This document shows, piece by piece, positions 1 through 11,756 of a DNA stretch of 64,000 bases (position 1 is its first letter; every line of letters starts with the position of its first letter). The translations under genes and the position numbers were made by a program. The stretch lies in the NCBI GenBank assembly GCA_963817895.1, contig CAWFQB010000005.1, positions 128,001 to 192,000 of the forward strand, given 5' to 3'. The notes under the pieces were generated by a model. It searched no databases. It saw nothing but the letters and a program-made list of their open reading frames with translations, and was not told the DNA's origin. Source of the stretch: an uncultured Chthonomonadaceae bacterium (GTDB lineage: Bacteria; Armatimonadota; Chthonomonadetes; Chthonomonadales; Chthonomonadaceae).

Positions 1-302
1 CATACTGAGTTGGGCATACAAGTTTCATGCCTGCCTTATACTACAAGAACGAGCGCCGTTATGGTTCGTGACAGCAAATGGCAGCCAATCTGAAATCGAA
101 AATCTAATTCCGTCCCACTTTTTAACGCCAATTTCAAAATACGCAAGGGAAACGCCCCCTCTCTGGAGAATACTCCCACAACAACCGCAGCACAGCCACT
201 TTGCGGCACGGACGCGCGTTTCCCTGTTCTTCCCCGTGTTCCCCGTGGTTATATTCTAATTCCTGCGGTTTACATTTCGATTGCGAGGTTGCAAATACTC
301 TT

Positions 303-1763
303 ATGCCCGATACCCTGCCCAACATCGTTCTGTTCGGCATTGATTCGCTGCTTGCCGACCACATGAGCTGCTACGGCTACAATCGCCAGACGACGCCGCA
401 CATAGATAAGTTCGCCGAATCCGGCGCGCTGTTCGAGCGTACCTACAGCGCCCACATTCCGACCACGAGCGCGTATTCCTCCATGCTGACCGGCATGGAT
501 TGCTTTACCACGCAGGTTGTCGCGCTGCGGCACCGGGGCGGATTGCGCAAAGAGGTAAGCACGCTTCCCGAAATCCTGCGCGACACGGGCTATAACACCA
601 CCTGCGTCGGCTTCACGGGCAATCCCGCGTCACGCGGCTTCGACAAGTACATGGACTATCCCGGCTGGGGAAGCTGGAACGAGGGCCGCAGCCCCAAAGC
701 GCAAACCCTCAACGACGTAGCCCTACCGGAACTCGATAGGCTTGTGGGCGAACAAAAAACGGAAGGCAAGCCGTTCTTCCTGTTCCTGCGGCACATGGAC
801 CCTCACGCGCCGTATCTGCCGCCCGCGCCCTACGAGCGCATGTTCTATCACGGCAACGAAACCGACCCGAACAACAAAAGCATGGAACCCGTGATGGCGT
901 TCAAGCCGTTTCGGGACTTTTTCGCCAGCTGGATGCCGCCCGGGATTTCGGATAAGGATTACGTGATTGCGCAATACGACGGCGCGATTGCCTACATGGA
1001 CGCCTGTATTCAATCCATTTTCACGGCTCTGGAAGCGCATGGCATTGTGGACGAAACCATTGTGGTGTTGAACGGGGATCACGGCGAAACGCTGTACGAC
1101 CACGAGTGCTGGTTCGATCATCACGGCATCTATGACAACACGCTGCACGTTCCGCTGATTATCCGCTATCCGGGCAAGGTTCCCGCCGGCAAGCGCGTGT
1201 CCGAGTACAATCAGCACAAAGACCTCGTGCCGACCCTGCTGGAACTTATCGGAATCAGCCCGCAAGATATTTTTGGAACCGGCACAGACCTTGACTTCGA
1301 CGGCAAAAGCCTGCTGCCTCTGGTAAACGGCGAACAGGGCGAACGCGAAACCGAGTTTTACATTACGGAATGTACGTGGATGCGCAAGCACGGCTGGCGA
1401 ACCCCGGATTACAAACTCATCCTTGCGCTTGAACCCGATTTCCACTTCAAGCCGATGGTGGAACTCTACGACCTGAAAGCCGACCCCGCCGAAAACAATA
1501 ACATCGCGGAACAACATCCTGAAATAGTAGCCGACCTCCGCGCCCGCATGGAAGCCCATATCGCGAAGCGCGAACAGGAAACCGACCTGCCCAATCCCAT
1601 GCTGACGCAGGGCGACTGGCACGGACACGTGGGCATCGGGCCGTTTACCAGTTCGCAGCAGGCTTACGATACTATGCACATCGGCGACCCGACGCAAGCA
1701 GCGAAGTTACAGGCGAAATCACGCGATGAAGAGCCGAAAGACCAGCCGCCGCCCATGAAATAG
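303..1763 (+). CDS. Sulfatase-like hydrolase/transferase (alkaline phosphatase superfamily)
   Basis: PNIVLFGIDSL N-terminus, HMDPHAPY, GDHGE, HVPLII and ELYDLKADP motifs; ATG at 303 preferred over ORF-track start 201; canonical C/S-x-P-x-R absent. Confidence 0.85.
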   Translation: MPDTLPNIVLFGIDSLLADHMSCYGYNRQTTPHIDKFAESGALFERTYSAHIPTTSAYSSMLTGMDCFTTQVVALRHRGGLRKEVSTLPEILRDTGYNTTCVGFTGNPASRGFDKYMDYPGWGSWNEGRSPKAQTLNDVALPELDRLVGEQKTEGKPFFLFLRHMDPHAPYLPPAPYERMFYHGNETDPNNKSMEPVMAFKPFRDFFASWMPPGISDKDYVIAQYDGAIAYMDACIQSIFTALEAHGIVDETIVVLNGDHGETLYDHECWFDHHGIYDNTLHVPLIIRYPGKVPAGKRVSEYNQHKDLVPTLLELIGISPQDIFGTGTDLDFDGKSLLPLVNGEQGERETEFYITECTWMRKHGWRTPDYKLILALEPDFHFKPMVELYDLKADPAENNNIAEQHPEIVADLRARMEAHIAKREQETDLPNPMLTQGDWHGHVGIGPFTSSQQAYDTMHIGDPTQAAKLQAKSRDEEPKDQPPPMK

Positions 1764-1893
1764 ACGGAAATCATCCGCCTGTTTGTGCTTGCTCTGTCAA
1801 GAAAAACGGTTTGCAGCAGGCCCTCGCAAGAGCAGTAGCTGCAAACCGTTTTTCGTAATCCAGACATTAATCATGTTTATGCGGGGAGCGTGT

Positions 1894-2734
1894 ATGTCGG
1901 ATAAAGTGTTTACGCTTGCGTTCTGGATAGATTTCTGGCACGAGACGGCCAGAGACATTATTCATAGCGGGATACAGATTGTCGGGATTTTCATCGCGTA
2001 CATGGTCGTCCGGGCGGCTTTGTACCGCGTGATTGACGGGTTGCTGGCGCATGTGATGGCGCACGACGTTCGCATGGGCATTTCGGAAGAGCGGGCGGGG
2101 CGAGTGCAGACGCTGCAAGGCTTGAGTAAAAGCGTGGTCGGGTACGTGCTGTTCTTCGTCCTCGGCATCCTTCTGCTCGGCGCGGTGGGAATCCCCATTC
2201 TGCCGTTTATCACATCGGCAAGCGTGGTGGGTATCGCCGTCGGATTGGGGGCGCAAAAGCTGTTCAAGGACGTGATTTCGGGCTTCTTTATTGTGGTGGA
2301 CAACCTGTACGCGGTGGGGGAAACCGTCAATGTCGGCACGATCACGGGCGAAGTTCAGGAACTGGGGATGCGCGTCACGCGCCTGCTGGACACCAACGGC
2401 AAAACGCACCTGCTGTCCAACGGCGACATCGGCACGGTGACAAACTTGTCTCGCCATGCCATTCAGGACTTCATTGAGGTAAATCGTCGCCGCCACCGCC
2501 GACCTGAACAGGGTAGTGGAAATCTCCAATAAAACCGGCGAGAAACTATACGCGCAGCCCGGCCATACCCTCCAATCCGCGCCGAGCGTACAGGGTATTA
2601 CCGCCTTCACCGCCGCGTCCGTCACCATCCGCGTCACCGTTTGCACCGAACCCGCGACCCTGCTGCAAGAACAAATGCGCGTCCGCGCCGCTCTCCGTGA
2701 CGCCTATCTCGCCGCCGAAGTGCCGATTGCGTAG
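1894..2734 (+). CDS. Small-conductance mechanosensitive channel (MscS family), frameshift near 2485
   Basis: TM helices then GIAVGLGAQKLFKDVISGFF and VGETVNVGTITGEVQELGMRVTRL; C-terminal domain continues in ORF 2516-2734. Confidence 0.85.
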
Positions 2735-2810
2735 GGGAAGAAAACGGAGAAGGAGAGGAGAAAAGGAGTAGGCGCGGTTCCTAATTCTCCTCTTCTCCTT
2801 TTCTCCTTTT

Positions 2811-3269
2811 CTATTTCTTTTCTGCTGGCGCGGTAGGGGGCGGCACGGACGTAACGGGTTCGGGGTGGCCCTGATGGCACATGTAGCAGGTGGCGCGGCC
2901 ATTGAGCGATTTCTGGTGCGCGTTGAGGTCGTTGACGACGCCGATCATCTGGCGGGCGACGGCTTTCATCGGAACGTCGTCTTTGTCCCAGGCGTTGTGT
3001 TCGGCGTTGACAACGTGGCAGAAATTGCACTTCACGTTCAGAGCCGTGTTGTACTGGTGCATCAGCGGGCCTAACTGATCGGCAGGCAGGTCTTTGAGAA
3101 CTTTGATGTTCTTGTATTTTTGCGCTGCCGTTTGCTTTGCGGGCGCGTCCGGTTTCGGGGCGGGCTTGTTGTCCTGCGCCAATGCCAGCGCAGCCAACCC
3201 GATGACTGGCAGCGCCAGCAGCAAAACGCCGCCGGTCTTCATTTTGGAAGCGGAATATCGGCTTGCCAT
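2811..3269 (-). CDS. Secreted di-haem c-type cytochrome (short reaction-centre cytochrome c-like family)
   Basis: Signal peptide, YKNIKVLKD, CNFCH and CYMCH haem motifs; GGAGGAG RBS upstream. Confidence 0.8.
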   Translation of the reverse strand: MASRYSASKMKTGGVLLLALPVIGLAALALAQDNKPAPKPDAPAKQTAAQKYKNIKVLKDLPADQLGPLMHQYNTALNVKCNFCHVVNAEHNAWDKDDVPMKAVARQMIGVVNDLNAHQKSLNGRATCYMCHQGHPEPVTSVPPPTAPAEKK

Positions 3270-3424
3270 GGTTTGTTCTCCTCCGAGAAGTATGAGAAAG
3301 GACGAGTGAGAATGGTTTCTCCCTCATCTTACACTATCTGCCGCATAGTATTCTGCCCATCTCCTCCATATTCCTGCTTCCGACAATATTTTCTTATCTC
3401 TTACGACTTATCCCTTTCCCCTTC

Positions 3425-6400
3425 CTAATGTATATCCACTTCGAGGCGATCCCCCGCTGTCAGCGTAAGGGGCGAGTCGAAGGTCAGGGTGACAAGGCCG
3501 TCTTTGTCCAGAACGCTGCGGCTGCCGATGGCCTTTGTGCCGACGCTGGCATGAGCGGTGAAGGTGGCGGGCAGGGCATTGTTTTCGCGGTGGGGCGGGC
3601 CTTGAACGCGCAGGGTATTCAGTGTCAGTTCGGCGCGGTTACGCAGAGATTGCAGCGCGGGCGACGCCATAAATCCAATCAGGCGATCCAGTCGGAATGT
3701 GGTAACGCCGCCACGCGCGGTAGGGCGATATTCCATGCGTCCCCAAAACGAGGGCGCGAAAATCGGCGCAATGAAACTGCGCCATGTCCCCGGAATATTG
3801 GGCGCAAGCGTCATGCGCCCCGCATTAACATCCAGCGCGAACCCTTGCAGCGCGTACAACACGTTCCAATCGGAAGCGACGGCTAAGAATGAAGGATGAA
3901 GGATGAGGGATGAGATCCATTGTCGATTGTCGGATTGTCTGATTGTCGATTGTCTCTCCTTTTCTCCTTTTCTTCCTTCTGATACTCGCATTGGATATTG
4001 CCTGGGCGAGCGCAGGACGGTAAGGCGGGCTTCATCAAGGCGGCGGAGCAGGTTTACGCCCACTTCGGGCTGATCCTGCCAGATATTGAGCGTGGCGTCG
4101 GCAAGCGTGGACGCGGGCAACAGGCAATCACGCGAGTCGGCCTCTGAGGGAAATGCGCCATCCGCGCGAATTTGCCAGGGTGGCAGAGATGTGGAAAGAG
4201 CGGGGGAGTCGTTGCGCTGTTGCAGGCTTTGCGCGGCGCGGGTCAAATGCGTGGGGGGCAGAAGCGGGCCTAAATCCAGTTGATACGCCAGCCATTGTCC
4301 CCAGAGTTGATCCGATGCGCAAACATCTGCGGGTAAAACGACATGCTGCCGCTCGGACTGCGTTTCCGGCATAACATTCTCCGCGTAAAACTCCCCGTTC
4401 CAATGCCGCGCTTCCAGGCGCGCGCTGCCGGCTTTGAAAGCCGCGTCACACTCCCGCGCCAGCCCCTCCTCGCCGCCCATCCGAGCCAGAACCGCCCCTC
4501 CGCGCAGCGCAGCCAGCCAGGTTGTAAAGGATGAAGGATGAAGGATGAAGGATGAATTTATTTTCGATTTTCGATTTTCGATTTTCGATTGAATGTCTTC
4601 TGTCTCCTTTTCTCCTTTTCTCCTTTTCTCCTCTTCTTCCTGTGCCGTGAGCAGGGCGCGGAGGGCGAGGCGTAGCGTGGGATAATGCAGTTTGAGAAAA
4701 TCGGTGTCGCCGGTCCAGAGCGCGAACTGCGTCCATTGCAGCACATACGCGGCGGTGGCTTCGAGCGGAGCAAGAGCAGGAGAGGGCGGCGGGGCCGACG
4801 GCGTGGAGGTCGAGGGCGTAGTAGCACCTTTTGGCGCGACAGTGGAACCGGTTGGATGGGGGGAACGGGTTTGTTTGCCTGGAGGGGTTGCGCCCGCGCG
4901 TGTCGCGTTCGGTTTTTCCGGGGTCAGGTTGGAAAGCAGGGTATCTGCGGTTGGCACCAGGGGAGCGCGGGGAGGATTGGGCGGACCGAGACGGCGTGAC
5001 CAATCCTCACCTGCGGGCGGAATCACCTGTCCCCTGCTGTCCTGCGTGGGGGCAAACTGCTCCAACTCCTGCGCCGCCAGTTGGGGAAAGAGGGTGAGCA
5101 GCAGGGTTTGCGCGGCCTGATGCGCCCGCGTCTCATCCCGCTCGTTTGTCCACGCGCTGCCGGAAATTGCAGCGACCGGTACGGAAGCATTTGATAGGGG
5201 CCGTTGCGTTCGTTTCGGAGGCAAGTTTCCAATGGTTCCCACAAAGGCGAATCGGCCATCCCGCGTATGCACGGTATTGGTTATCAGGGGCGCGGCGGCA
5301 TTGATGATACTCCGCGCCTGCCAGCCGGGTAAATTAGAAAACATCAGCCGCTTTTGCCACTCTTCGGTAAGTCCGTACAAACTGCGCCAATCCTCCAGCA
5401 GTTGCCGCGCCGCGTCCTGCGCGTTGGCGAAGGGAATCTCGTAGTAGTGTCCTACGTCTTCGCCGCCCGGAGTACGCAGATGTTTCAAATGCCAGCAGAT
5501 GGCAAAGGGGATTTCTGCTGTTTCGCCGGGTTTCAGCGTGAGCCGCGCAGCCACCACTGCGGCGGGGCGAGTTGCGCGGAGCGTCATGCCGGGAGCGGCA
5601 TTGGGGACGCTGCCCTCCTGTGAAAACTGGTTCCACCAGGCAGGCTGCGTATCCCCCGCGTTCCATAAGGCGGCGGTGACAGTGGCCTGCGCCCGGGCGG
5701 GATAGGCCAGCAGCGTCATTTCGGCATCCGGGTCACTGCCGGTGAGCCGCGCCCCGAAAAAACCTTCGCCACTGGGGATAATTGCCGCCTGCCCGCTTGT
5801 GCCATCGGGTTGGAGCAGCAGGCTTTCCCAGGCAAGGGCTACACTGACCTCCATTACAGCCGTACTCGGATTTTTAACGCGCATCACCATCGCCGCGCCC
5901 GGAAACGAGGAGTTTTTCAGGTCGAATGGCACAAGGGGCGAAAACGCCAGCAGCGAAACGGAAACAGGCAGGGCGGGGTCGAGAAAGGCGAGCCGCGCCT
6001 GTGGGAACAGCCCGTCGTAATCCAGATTGGCAATGTTTGGCAGATGGTACGTGGTGTTCAGGGTCAGACACGCGCGCCGAACTGCGTCCATTTGCCTGCG
6101 CCCATACCGCGCCGAAACAGCCCGGAGCGTCGCCGCCGGGATGGGACCAGTTGTTGGCAAGCGTCGCGCCCGAAACCGTTCCATCCGTAAGCAGTTGAAA
6201 CGCGCCGGCCCCGATGCCGCCCATCGGAACGCCGGAGGCCAGTTTCTGCGAATGGACAATGCCGGTGGGGGCAGTCAGGGATGAGGGATGAGGGATGAGG
6301 GATGAGGAAGGGCGTTGGATGTTCGGGGCCTGGGCGTGGGTGGGAAGCGTGGCGATGCAGGCCAGTAGCCATGCGGCGGTCAGTATCCGCAGGGTTGCTC

Positions 6401-6476
6401 GCAAAGGCGCGGCGCGAACCTTCTGGAAGGCGGGCTGACTTGCGCATAGATTATGTAAATGGTTGATTGGTTTCAC
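3425..6476 (-). CDS. GH116-like glycoside hydrolase, frameshift near 6065, with in-frame repeat insertions
   Basis: SGVPMGGIGAG in ORF 5874-6476; FSPLVPFDLKNSSFP, HWNGEFY and SDQLWGQW in ORF 3425-6259; signal-like N-terminus. Confidence 0.7.
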
Positions 6477-6573
6477 GTTGTGCTATTCTCCCCTGTTTGC
6501 CGGAACTCCTGCTCGTTTTCCAGAACGCTGCCAGAGATTGAAAACATCCGGCATGGCAGTCTGTAAATATACG

Positions 6574-6601
6574 TGCAGAAGCCATTGCCCATTACCGACA
6601 A
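6574..6601 (+). promoter_or_regulatory. Putative sigma-28 (FliA)-like promoter of the fliK operon
   Basis: TGCAG-N15-ACCGACAA, same pattern and spacing as the site before motA. Confidence 0.45.
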
Positions 6602-6652
6602 TCAGAACGGTAGTTTTTGGAACACCGAATTCAACGAAAGGAGGTAATCCCG

Positions 6653-8918
6653 ATGGTATCTTCCACTTCCGCATTGTCCCTGTTTCCAGTCTGCGCCGAC
6701 AACAACGACAGCCCGCCTGCCGCCAGTCCTGAAGCCGGACGCGAACCGGATAACGCGCTCTCGTTCGCGTCCCGTCTGAATGAGCGGCGGTCCCAATTCG
6801 AGTCGGATAAAACCGCGCGTCGTCCGCTATCGCGCCTGCCGGATAATGCGGCAGACACGCAGGAACCCCAATCCGCCGACGATGCTGCGAACGCGCCCGA
6901 AACGTCCGCATCCGCCTCAGAAGCAGCGACCAGAACCCGTGACGCGGAATCTTCTGAGGAAGCTTCCGGCAAAAGCGACGATTCTGAGGACAACGATAAG
7001 AGAACCCGAACGGACAAGGCGGCGGCTCCCACTCCTGCTGCCATAGCGCCGTTGACGCCGGATGCGCTAAACGCGCCCGCGTTTCTGGCGGGGCTTACTG
7101 TCACGCCGACAGCAGCGATACCGACTGCCACGCCGGTTACGACTGTCGCGCCTTCGGGCAATACTCAGGTTATAGCGGTTGTACCGGCAAATGATAAACC
7201 CGCTTCGGCAACTACAGCCGTCGCTATTCCGCAAGTGGCAGGAGCGAACGCGGCGAATGCCAAGCCCACGCTGCCAACCGTTACCCCCCTTATCCCCACC
7301 GTTGCTATGGACTCGCGCCGCATTGAACGCGACGCCGGGAGTAGACAACGCTTCCCCGCTTGCTTCTCAATTGCCGTCCGCTTTGACGCCCCCTGTTCCA
7401 TCAGTGGCGAACGCAAACGCCAATCCTGCCGCCGTCACTACGCCCAATGTGTCCGGCGGAGCGGGCCTCAACACGATTACGCCGCAAAACCGGAATACTG
7501 TTGCCCTTCCGATTGCTGAAGCGGGGGCGCAGAACAATCCAGGCGCAGCAAACGCGGCGATAGTCACGCAACCGGTCGCTTCCGGCACGATCCAACTCCC
7601 AATCATTTCACCGTCCGGCAACTCGCAAACGCCGAAGGTGGCCGCTCCGACAATTGCAAAAACCGACGCGCCAATGACGACCGGGGCGACAGATACAGGC
7701 GCGAAAAACACAGTGCAGGCGTCCACTGACGCGGAACAAACAGCCGCTTCGGAACAGGGAAACCAGTTCGCGCAGCCGTCCGGCAAGCAAAATCTGGGGG
7801 GTATCGAACGATTGCTGACACTGAGCAACGCTAAAACCGCTCCTTCAGTTGTCGAAGATGCGACGCAAACCGGGACCGCGAAAGTTGGGCCGCAGAATAG
7901 CGTCGAGCCACAAATTGACGCTGCGCAGGGCGCTTCCACTCCGGCGACGCGCTTTGTCGCCGGTAATTCGCTTGCCGCGCAGTCCGGCGTTTCTGTCGCT
8001 GGAAACGTAACGCAATCGGGAACGCCTGCGCCAACGGCCCCTACAGCAACAATACAAACTGCCACCCCCCTTACGCTTGCTTCTGCCGATCTCAACAGCG
8101 CGGGGAAAACGGGTGTGGCTGCGCAGGCGCTGCATGGCCTGACGGGTACGCCCGGACTTAACCTTCCCGTTTCCTCATCAGCGTCCAGTTCTCAAGGGGA
8201 GAATGGAATCGCGGGGGGAAATAATTTCGCCTCCTTTGCGCAGGCTTCCACGCTTGCCAACAGCGATGCCGGGGAACAGAATGGGCAGGACGACTCGCAA
8301 TCGTCTGGCAATGAACCGGCCTTTGCCGCTGAAACCCGAAGCGCGAAAACGGCAGACGCCGCCTCGTCCGCGTCCTTTGCCATAACCCGCGCTTCCGAAG
8401 ACGCTGCCGCCCCCGCGCAATCCGCTTCTTCGGGGAACAGCAGTCCAATAGACCGCGCGCATGTCGTGGAACAGGTCACGCGCCATCTGGAAACCATGCG
8501 ACTGACGAATGACAGCGGCGAAATGCGCCTGCGCCTGAACCCGCACAATCTGGGCAGCGTACAGGTGACGATTGCCGCGCATCAGGACGGCATTGTGGCG
8601 CGTATCGCGGTGGAGTCCGCGCAGGTGCAGCAGGTGATGGAGGGCGCGAAGGAGCATCTTCGCGCCGGATTGGAAGCGCGCGGTCTGCGCGTTCAATCGT
8701 TAGAAGTGACGGTCACGCCTAACATGCTCGGCGACAATTCCGCCGCTTTTTCCGGGCAGCGTAACTGGCAAACTGCCGGGGCGCAGGACGGCGCGGCATG
8801 GCAGTCCGGCTATGGACGGCGAACCGCGCCGCAAGTGGAAGCCGTACCCCTCGCCGCGCCTGCCGCCCTTGCGTCCCGCGCCGCCCTGTCCGACTCCCGA
8901 TTAGATTGCCGCGCATAA
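6653..8918 (+). CDS. fliK: Flagellar hook-length control protein FliK, frameshift near 7305
   Basis: Long A/T/P/S-rich region; C-terminal MRLRLNPHNLGSVQV...LRAGLEARGLRVQSLEV; directly upstream of flgD; GGAGG RBS. Confidence 0.85.
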
Positions 8919-8945
8919 CATCAACCTGAAGAAAGAACCCAATCC

Positions 8946-9362
8946 ATGTCCATACATTCCATTCTTCCCACGCGGGACACGACTGCCACGACCGGCAGTG
9001 GTTTATCCGCGCAGTTGGCGCAAAATACCCTGAACCAGGCGGATTTTCTCAAACTGATGACCACGCAACTCAGCAACCAGGACCCAACCAATCCGCAGGA
9101 TCAATCGCAATTTCTGGCGCAGCTCGCCCAATTCTCTACGGTGCAGGGCGTGGATAACCTGCAAAGCAGCCAGACGCAGTCACAGGCGGCGCAATTGCTC
9201 GGCAAAACCGTGCATGGTTCCGTCGTCAGTTCCGGCGCAAATCAGGGTGTCAGCGGAACCGTCACGTCCGTGCGCTGGGATTCGGATGGCGTTCATCTCA
9301 CGCTTGACGACGCCAATAAGACAACCCTGCTGCTGGATCAGGTAAATCAAGTAGATAAATAG
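8946..9362 (+). CDS. flgD: Flagellar hook capping protein FlgD
   Basis: DFLKLMTTQLSNQDPTNPQDQSQFLAQLAQFS. Confidence 0.95.
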   Translation: MSIHSILPTRDTTATTGSGLSAQLAQNTLNQADFLKLMTTQLSNQDPTNPQDQSQFLAQLAQFSTVQGVDNLQSSQTQSQAAQLLGKTVHGSVVSSGANQGVSGTVTSVRWDSDGVHLTLDDANKTTLLLDQVNQVDK

Positions 9363-9382
9363 CCGACAGGCAGAGGTGTTTC

Positions 9383-9841
9383 ATGCCCGATCCAACGCGC
9401 ATCACAAACGCGCCCATCCCGGCGCAGACAAATCGTGTTGATACCACGAAACGCGCCAACCGACAGCCGGAAGCGGGCAATCAAACAAACGCCGGAACTG
9501 GCGCGAACGCGCCCTCTTTTGCCGAACTGCTGCGAACGCGGCAGGGAATCGCGTCCGGCGAGTCCGGTCTGCCCGCTGCGGATGCGGACGCGATTCGCTT
9601 TTCCGCGCACGCGCAGACTCGTTTGCAGTCGCGCCATATCGCGCTGCAACCCGACCATATCGCGCGTCTGCAATCGGCAGTCGGGCGGGCGGCGGCCAAA
9701 GGCAGCAAAGACGCGCTGGTGTTAATGGACGACATGGCGCTTGTCGTCAGCGTCAAAAACCGGACCGTCGTCACCGTTGTGGACAAAGACAATCTCAAGC
9801 AGAACGTGTTCACCAACATTGACAGCGCGGTGATCGCATAA
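9383..9841 (+). CDS. TIGR02530-family flagellar operon protein
   Basis: IRFSAHAQTRLQSR...ALVVSVKNRTVVTVVD...NVFTNIDSAVI; lies between flgD and flgE. Confidence 0.9.
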   Translation: MPDPTRITNAPIPAQTNRVDTTKRANRQPEAGNQTNAGTGANAPSFAELLRTRQGIASGESGLPAADADAIRFSAHAQTRLQSRHIALQPDHIARLQSAVGRAAAKGSKDALVLMDDMALVVSVKNRTVVTVVDKDNLKQNVFTNIDSAVIA

Positions 9842-9846
9842 CTTTT

Positions 9847-9978
9847 CAGGCTGGTCCGTACCCTTCGGGGATCGGGAGCCTGCCGCGCTTTCTCCGATTG
9901 ATTGAGGAGAAAGCTACCACTCTCTCTTTGAGCGCGATACGGCTCTCCTGTTCCCATAACTGCGGACAGGGAAAAGCC
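9847..9978 (+). promoter_or_regulatory. Structured leader with three hairpins upstream of flgE
   Basis: caggct..agcctg (9847-9882), gctttctcc-10 nt-ggagaaagc (9887-9914), third stem 9941-9978 before the GGAGG RBS. Confidence 0.4.
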
Positions 9979-10010
9979 GGGACGCTCTTTCTACATGGAG
10001 GTTAAGGCTC

Positions 10011-11654
10011 ATGTTACAGGCTATGTTTTCGGGCGTCAGCGGCTTGCAGGTGCATCAGACCAAACTCGACGTTATCGGCAACAACATCGCCAACGTCAAT
10101 ACGGTCGGGTTCAAAGCGGGGCGCGTCTCATTTGAGGATCAGCTTTCGCAAACCCTCCGCGCTTCCACCGCCCCTACGGACAGCGTTGGCGGGCAGAACC
10201 CCGCGCAAATCGGGTTGGGCGTCGCCCTGGGCGCGGTAGACACGCTGCAAACGCAGGGCAACCTGCAAACAACGGGCAAACTGACCGACATGGCGATTTA
10301 GGGCAACGGCTTTTTCCTCGTCGGTTCCGGCTCGGACGTGTCGTACAGCCGCGACGGCTCTTTCGATCTGGACAGCGACGGCGTGTTGGTCAATCCAGCC
10401 AACGGCCTCAAACTGCTGGGCTATGTCGCCGATCAGAACGGCGCAATTGATACCACGACGCAGATTACCAACAACAGCGTCCTGAAAATACCCGTAGGAA
10501 CGCTCACGTCCGTCAAGCAGACAACGCAGTCCACGCTACAGGGCAATCTGGACGCCAGTTCCGCGCTGCAATCCACGCAGAGCGCGTTCACCGGCAACGT
10601 CAAGGATGATCCGACTACCATTAATACGACCGCCTACGACTCGCTTGGCAACGCCCATACGTTGACCCTGACTCTGTCGGGTAAAACCACTTCAGGCGGC
10701 AACGATACATGGAACGCGGGCGTCAACATTGACGGCACCAACGTTACGGGCAGTCCGTTCAATGTCGTGTTCAACACCGCGACCGGCGCTTATGTCACCA
10801 CAACGCTGCCAGCCACGACGGTTGTGAATGGCGCAAACGGCGCGCCCAATTTCACGCTGAAACTCAACCCGGGAGGACTGACCGGCAACGCGGCAGGATT
10901 GTCAAGCGCGACGGGCAAAACAGACGGACAAACGGGAAGCCCCCCCGTATGGAGCACATCGCTGAAAGTGTACGACAGTCTGGGCGTCAGCCATCTGCTC
11001 AACTTCAAGTTCACGCGCGATCTGGTGGGAACCGGCGCCCCGGCTTCGGCGGCAGGCCAGTGGTCATGGAAAGCAACGGAAAACGGCCAGCCGGTGGCTT
11101 CGAGCGCGGATACGGGCAACAACCCCCTGTACTTCGACAGCAATGGCAACCTGCTGGATAAGGCCAAGCAGAGCCTGAGCCTGACGCCGCCCACGCCCGG
11201 AGCCTCGCCCATCAATATGACGATGGATTTTGGAACCCTGACGCAGCTTGCCGGCGATTCCAGCGTGGCGGCGACAGTGCAGGACGGCTTCCCGGTCGGT
11301 ACGCTGCAAAGTTTCACCATTTCCGCCGAGGGCCTGATTACCGGTATTTTCACCAACGGCCAGTCGCGCAGTCTGGGACAGGTCGCCATTGCCAGCTTTT
11401 CCAACCCTGCGGGTCTGGAGAAAGTCGGCGGCAACCAGTTCAAGGAGTCGAGCAACTCCGGTCTGGCGCAAGTGGGTCCGGCGAACGCGCAGGGCCGGGG
11501 CAAGATCAATACCGGCTACGTGGAAATGTCCAACGTAGACCTGTCTACGGAGTTCACGAACCTGATCGTCACGCAGCGCGGCTTCCAGGCCAACACGAAG
11601 ATCATCACCACCATTGACGACCTGCTTCAGGAAGTGATTAACTTGAAGAGGTAA
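10011..11654 (+). CDS. flgE: Flagellar hook protein FlgE, one in-frame TAG at 10299-10301
   Basis: LDVIGNNIANVNTVGFK N-terminus, DMAI*GNGFF, EMSNVDLSTEFTNLIVTQRGFQAN C-terminus; ORFs 10011-10301 and 10338-11654 share a frame. Confidence 0.95.
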
Positions 11655-11659
11655 TCACT

Positions 11660-11756
11660 AATCAGTAGCCAGTAGTCAGTAGTCGTTGCCGCATTACTCA
11701 AAGCCTGTCCCATCGTGGAAGCAATGAGCATGACAACTACTGACTACTGGCTACTT
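11660..11756. repeat. Inverted heptamer (cagtagt/cagtagc) tandem-repeat hairpin between convergent flgE and ankyrin genes
   Basis: cagtagccagtagtcagtagtcg ... caactactgactactggctact. Confidence 0.75.

Noticed and set aside
723..1697. Long antisense ORFs (e.g. 723-1697, 25072-25998, 35977-36930, 53274-54350, 54450-55877)
   Set aside because: Shadow ORFs of well-supported genes in GC-rich DNA, with no recognisable motifs
2811..3269. Photosynthesis marker (PufC-like cytochrome)
   Set aside because: Only two haem motifs in 152 aa and no puf or bch genes nearby
10299..10301. Stop-codon reassignment or pyrrolysine/selenocysteine readthrough in flgE and the WD40 gene
   Set aside because: TAG and TGA end many normal genes here; each stop is one transition from the conserved Gln or Trp codon in a shared context
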